DNA of 39,671 nt from Gemmatimonadota bacterium (GTDB taxonomy: Bacteria > Gemmatimonadota > Gemmatimonadetes > Longimicrobiales > RSA9), in contig JAGTUV010000426.1 in assembly GCA_018224305.1 (NCBI GenBank), positions 1 to 39,671 of the forward strand, given 5' to 3'. Made by a program: the position numbers and the translations under genes. Shown here one piece after another: positions 38,902-39,671 of the stretch; position 1 is the first letter of the stretch, and every line of letters starts with the position of its first letter. Under the pieces are notes generated by a model that was given only the letters and a program-made list of their open reading frames with translations, was not told the origin of the DNA and did not search any database.

Positions 38902-39671
38902 CGTACGGTCTCCTCGACCTCCTGGTGCGCGGCCCTGTCGGCCCGGCTGTAGAAGAACCAGATGATGAGCGGGAACACCAGCAGCCCGAGCAGACCCTGG
39001 AGCAGCGGGTTGTCGATGAGCGTGGGCAGCGTGAAGTTGGCCACGATCAGCGCGGCGATGAACACGCCCATGAGTGCCTCCCCCGCCACCAGTCCCGAGG
39101 CCACCAGAACGCCCGCGTTGTCCGCCCGCGTGCGCGCAGCGGCCTCGGCGTGGCGCCGCTGGATGCGACGGTCCACGATCCAGCGGAACACGCCCCCCAC
39201 GAAGATGGCGAAGGTGCTCCAGATCGGGAGGTACATGCCCACCGCGACGAGCATCACCGAGGGGGCCCGAACGAGGATCAGCATGACCGCGAACATCATC
39301 CCGCCGATGAAGAGCGGCCATGGCATCTCGCCGTTGATGATGCCCGTGCTGACCAGGGCCATGAGGCCCGCCTGTGGCGCCGGCAGCGCGGTGGCGGGGT
39401 CGGCGCCGGGGGCTCCGGCGAAGCCGTAGGCGGAGCTGAGGAGGGCCAGCACGCCGGCGAGGGCCGGTGCGGCGAGGACCACGGCGATGAGCTCGGCCTT
39501 CTCCATGCGGGCGGGCGTGCCGCCGAGGATGTGGCCGACCTTGAGGTCCTGCATCATGTCGCCGGCGATCCCCATGGCGCAGCAGACGACGGCTGCGACG
39601 CCGAGCACGGCGAGGACCCCCTGGTCGCCCTCCATCCCGATGGCCACCATGAGGAGCGCGGCGAGGATGAG
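38895..39671 (-). CDS. OPT-family oligopeptide transporter, C-terminal part (5' end beyond the window)
   Basis: The frame stays open to the window edge. GDMMQDLKVGHILGGTPARM matches the conserved OPT motif found in the last third of these ~600-aa proteins. Several hydrophobic helices follow. Confidence 0.8.
   Translation of the reverse strand, partial: LILAALLMVAIGMEGDQGVLAVLGVAAVVCCAMGIAGDMMQDLKVGHILGGTPARMEKAELIAVVLAAPALAGVLALLSSAYGFAGAPGADPATALPAPQAGLMALVSTGIINGEMPWPLFIGGMMFAVMLILVRAPSVMLVAVGMYLPIWSTFAIFVGGVFRWIVDRRIQRRHAEAAARTRADNAGVLVASGLVAGEALMGVFIAALIVANFTLPTLIDNPLLQGLLGLLVFPLIIWFFYSRADRAAHQEVEETVRA

Noticed and set aside
1-39671. Looked for defence systems, toxin-antitoxin pairs, integrases, transposases, phage genes, tRNA/rRNA genes and CRISPR repeats
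   Set aside because: None was recognisable by eye. Every sizeable gap is explained by promoters or terminators, or by the elements reported above. tRNA and small-RNA detection by eye is unreliable, so tRNAscan, Infernal and defence-system HMM scans would be needed to confirm these absences.

Overview
High-GC (roughly two-thirds G+C by eye, not computed) bacterial chromosomal segment, densely coding on both strands with about 40 protein genes. By eye I found no rRNA, tRNA, CRISPR array, transposase, integrase or phage gene. The content looks like core genome. It holds two paralogous class A penicillin-binding proteins bracketing a phenylacetyl-CoA-epoxidase-like cluster (paaA / DUF59 / paaB / paaC / Zn-ribbon). 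It also holds a lytic transglycosylase, M15, M20 and M28 peptidases, POT and OPT peptide transporters and a GMC oxidoreductase pair. Further genes are GreA, HU, YggX, an ECF sigma factor, a GAF histidine kinase, an LMW-PTP + fructosamine-kinase pair, an aminotransferase and a DsbA-like protein. I see no convincing defence island, toxin system or mobile element, and I do not want to oversell the window. Seven items deserve a second look. (1) An aspartate ammonia-lyase carries an N-terminal CAP-type cyclic-nucleotide-binding domain. (2) A DeaD/CsdA-like protein has degenerate ATPase motifs but an intact RNA-binding C-terminus and RGG tail. (3) A 59-aa ORF absent from the ORF track encodes the Zn-ribbon half of a split PaaD. 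(4) A 339-bp nested palindrome lies between convergent genes. (5) A cold-shock protein has a ~100-aa Gly/Arg-rich tail. (6) A canonical intrinsic terminator sits inside that gene's leader. (7) Four 33-bp tandem repeats lie at the 5' end of the second PBP gene. All family calls come from motif recognition by eye, not from searches. Many long ORFs in the track are antisense artefacts of high GC and were discarded.
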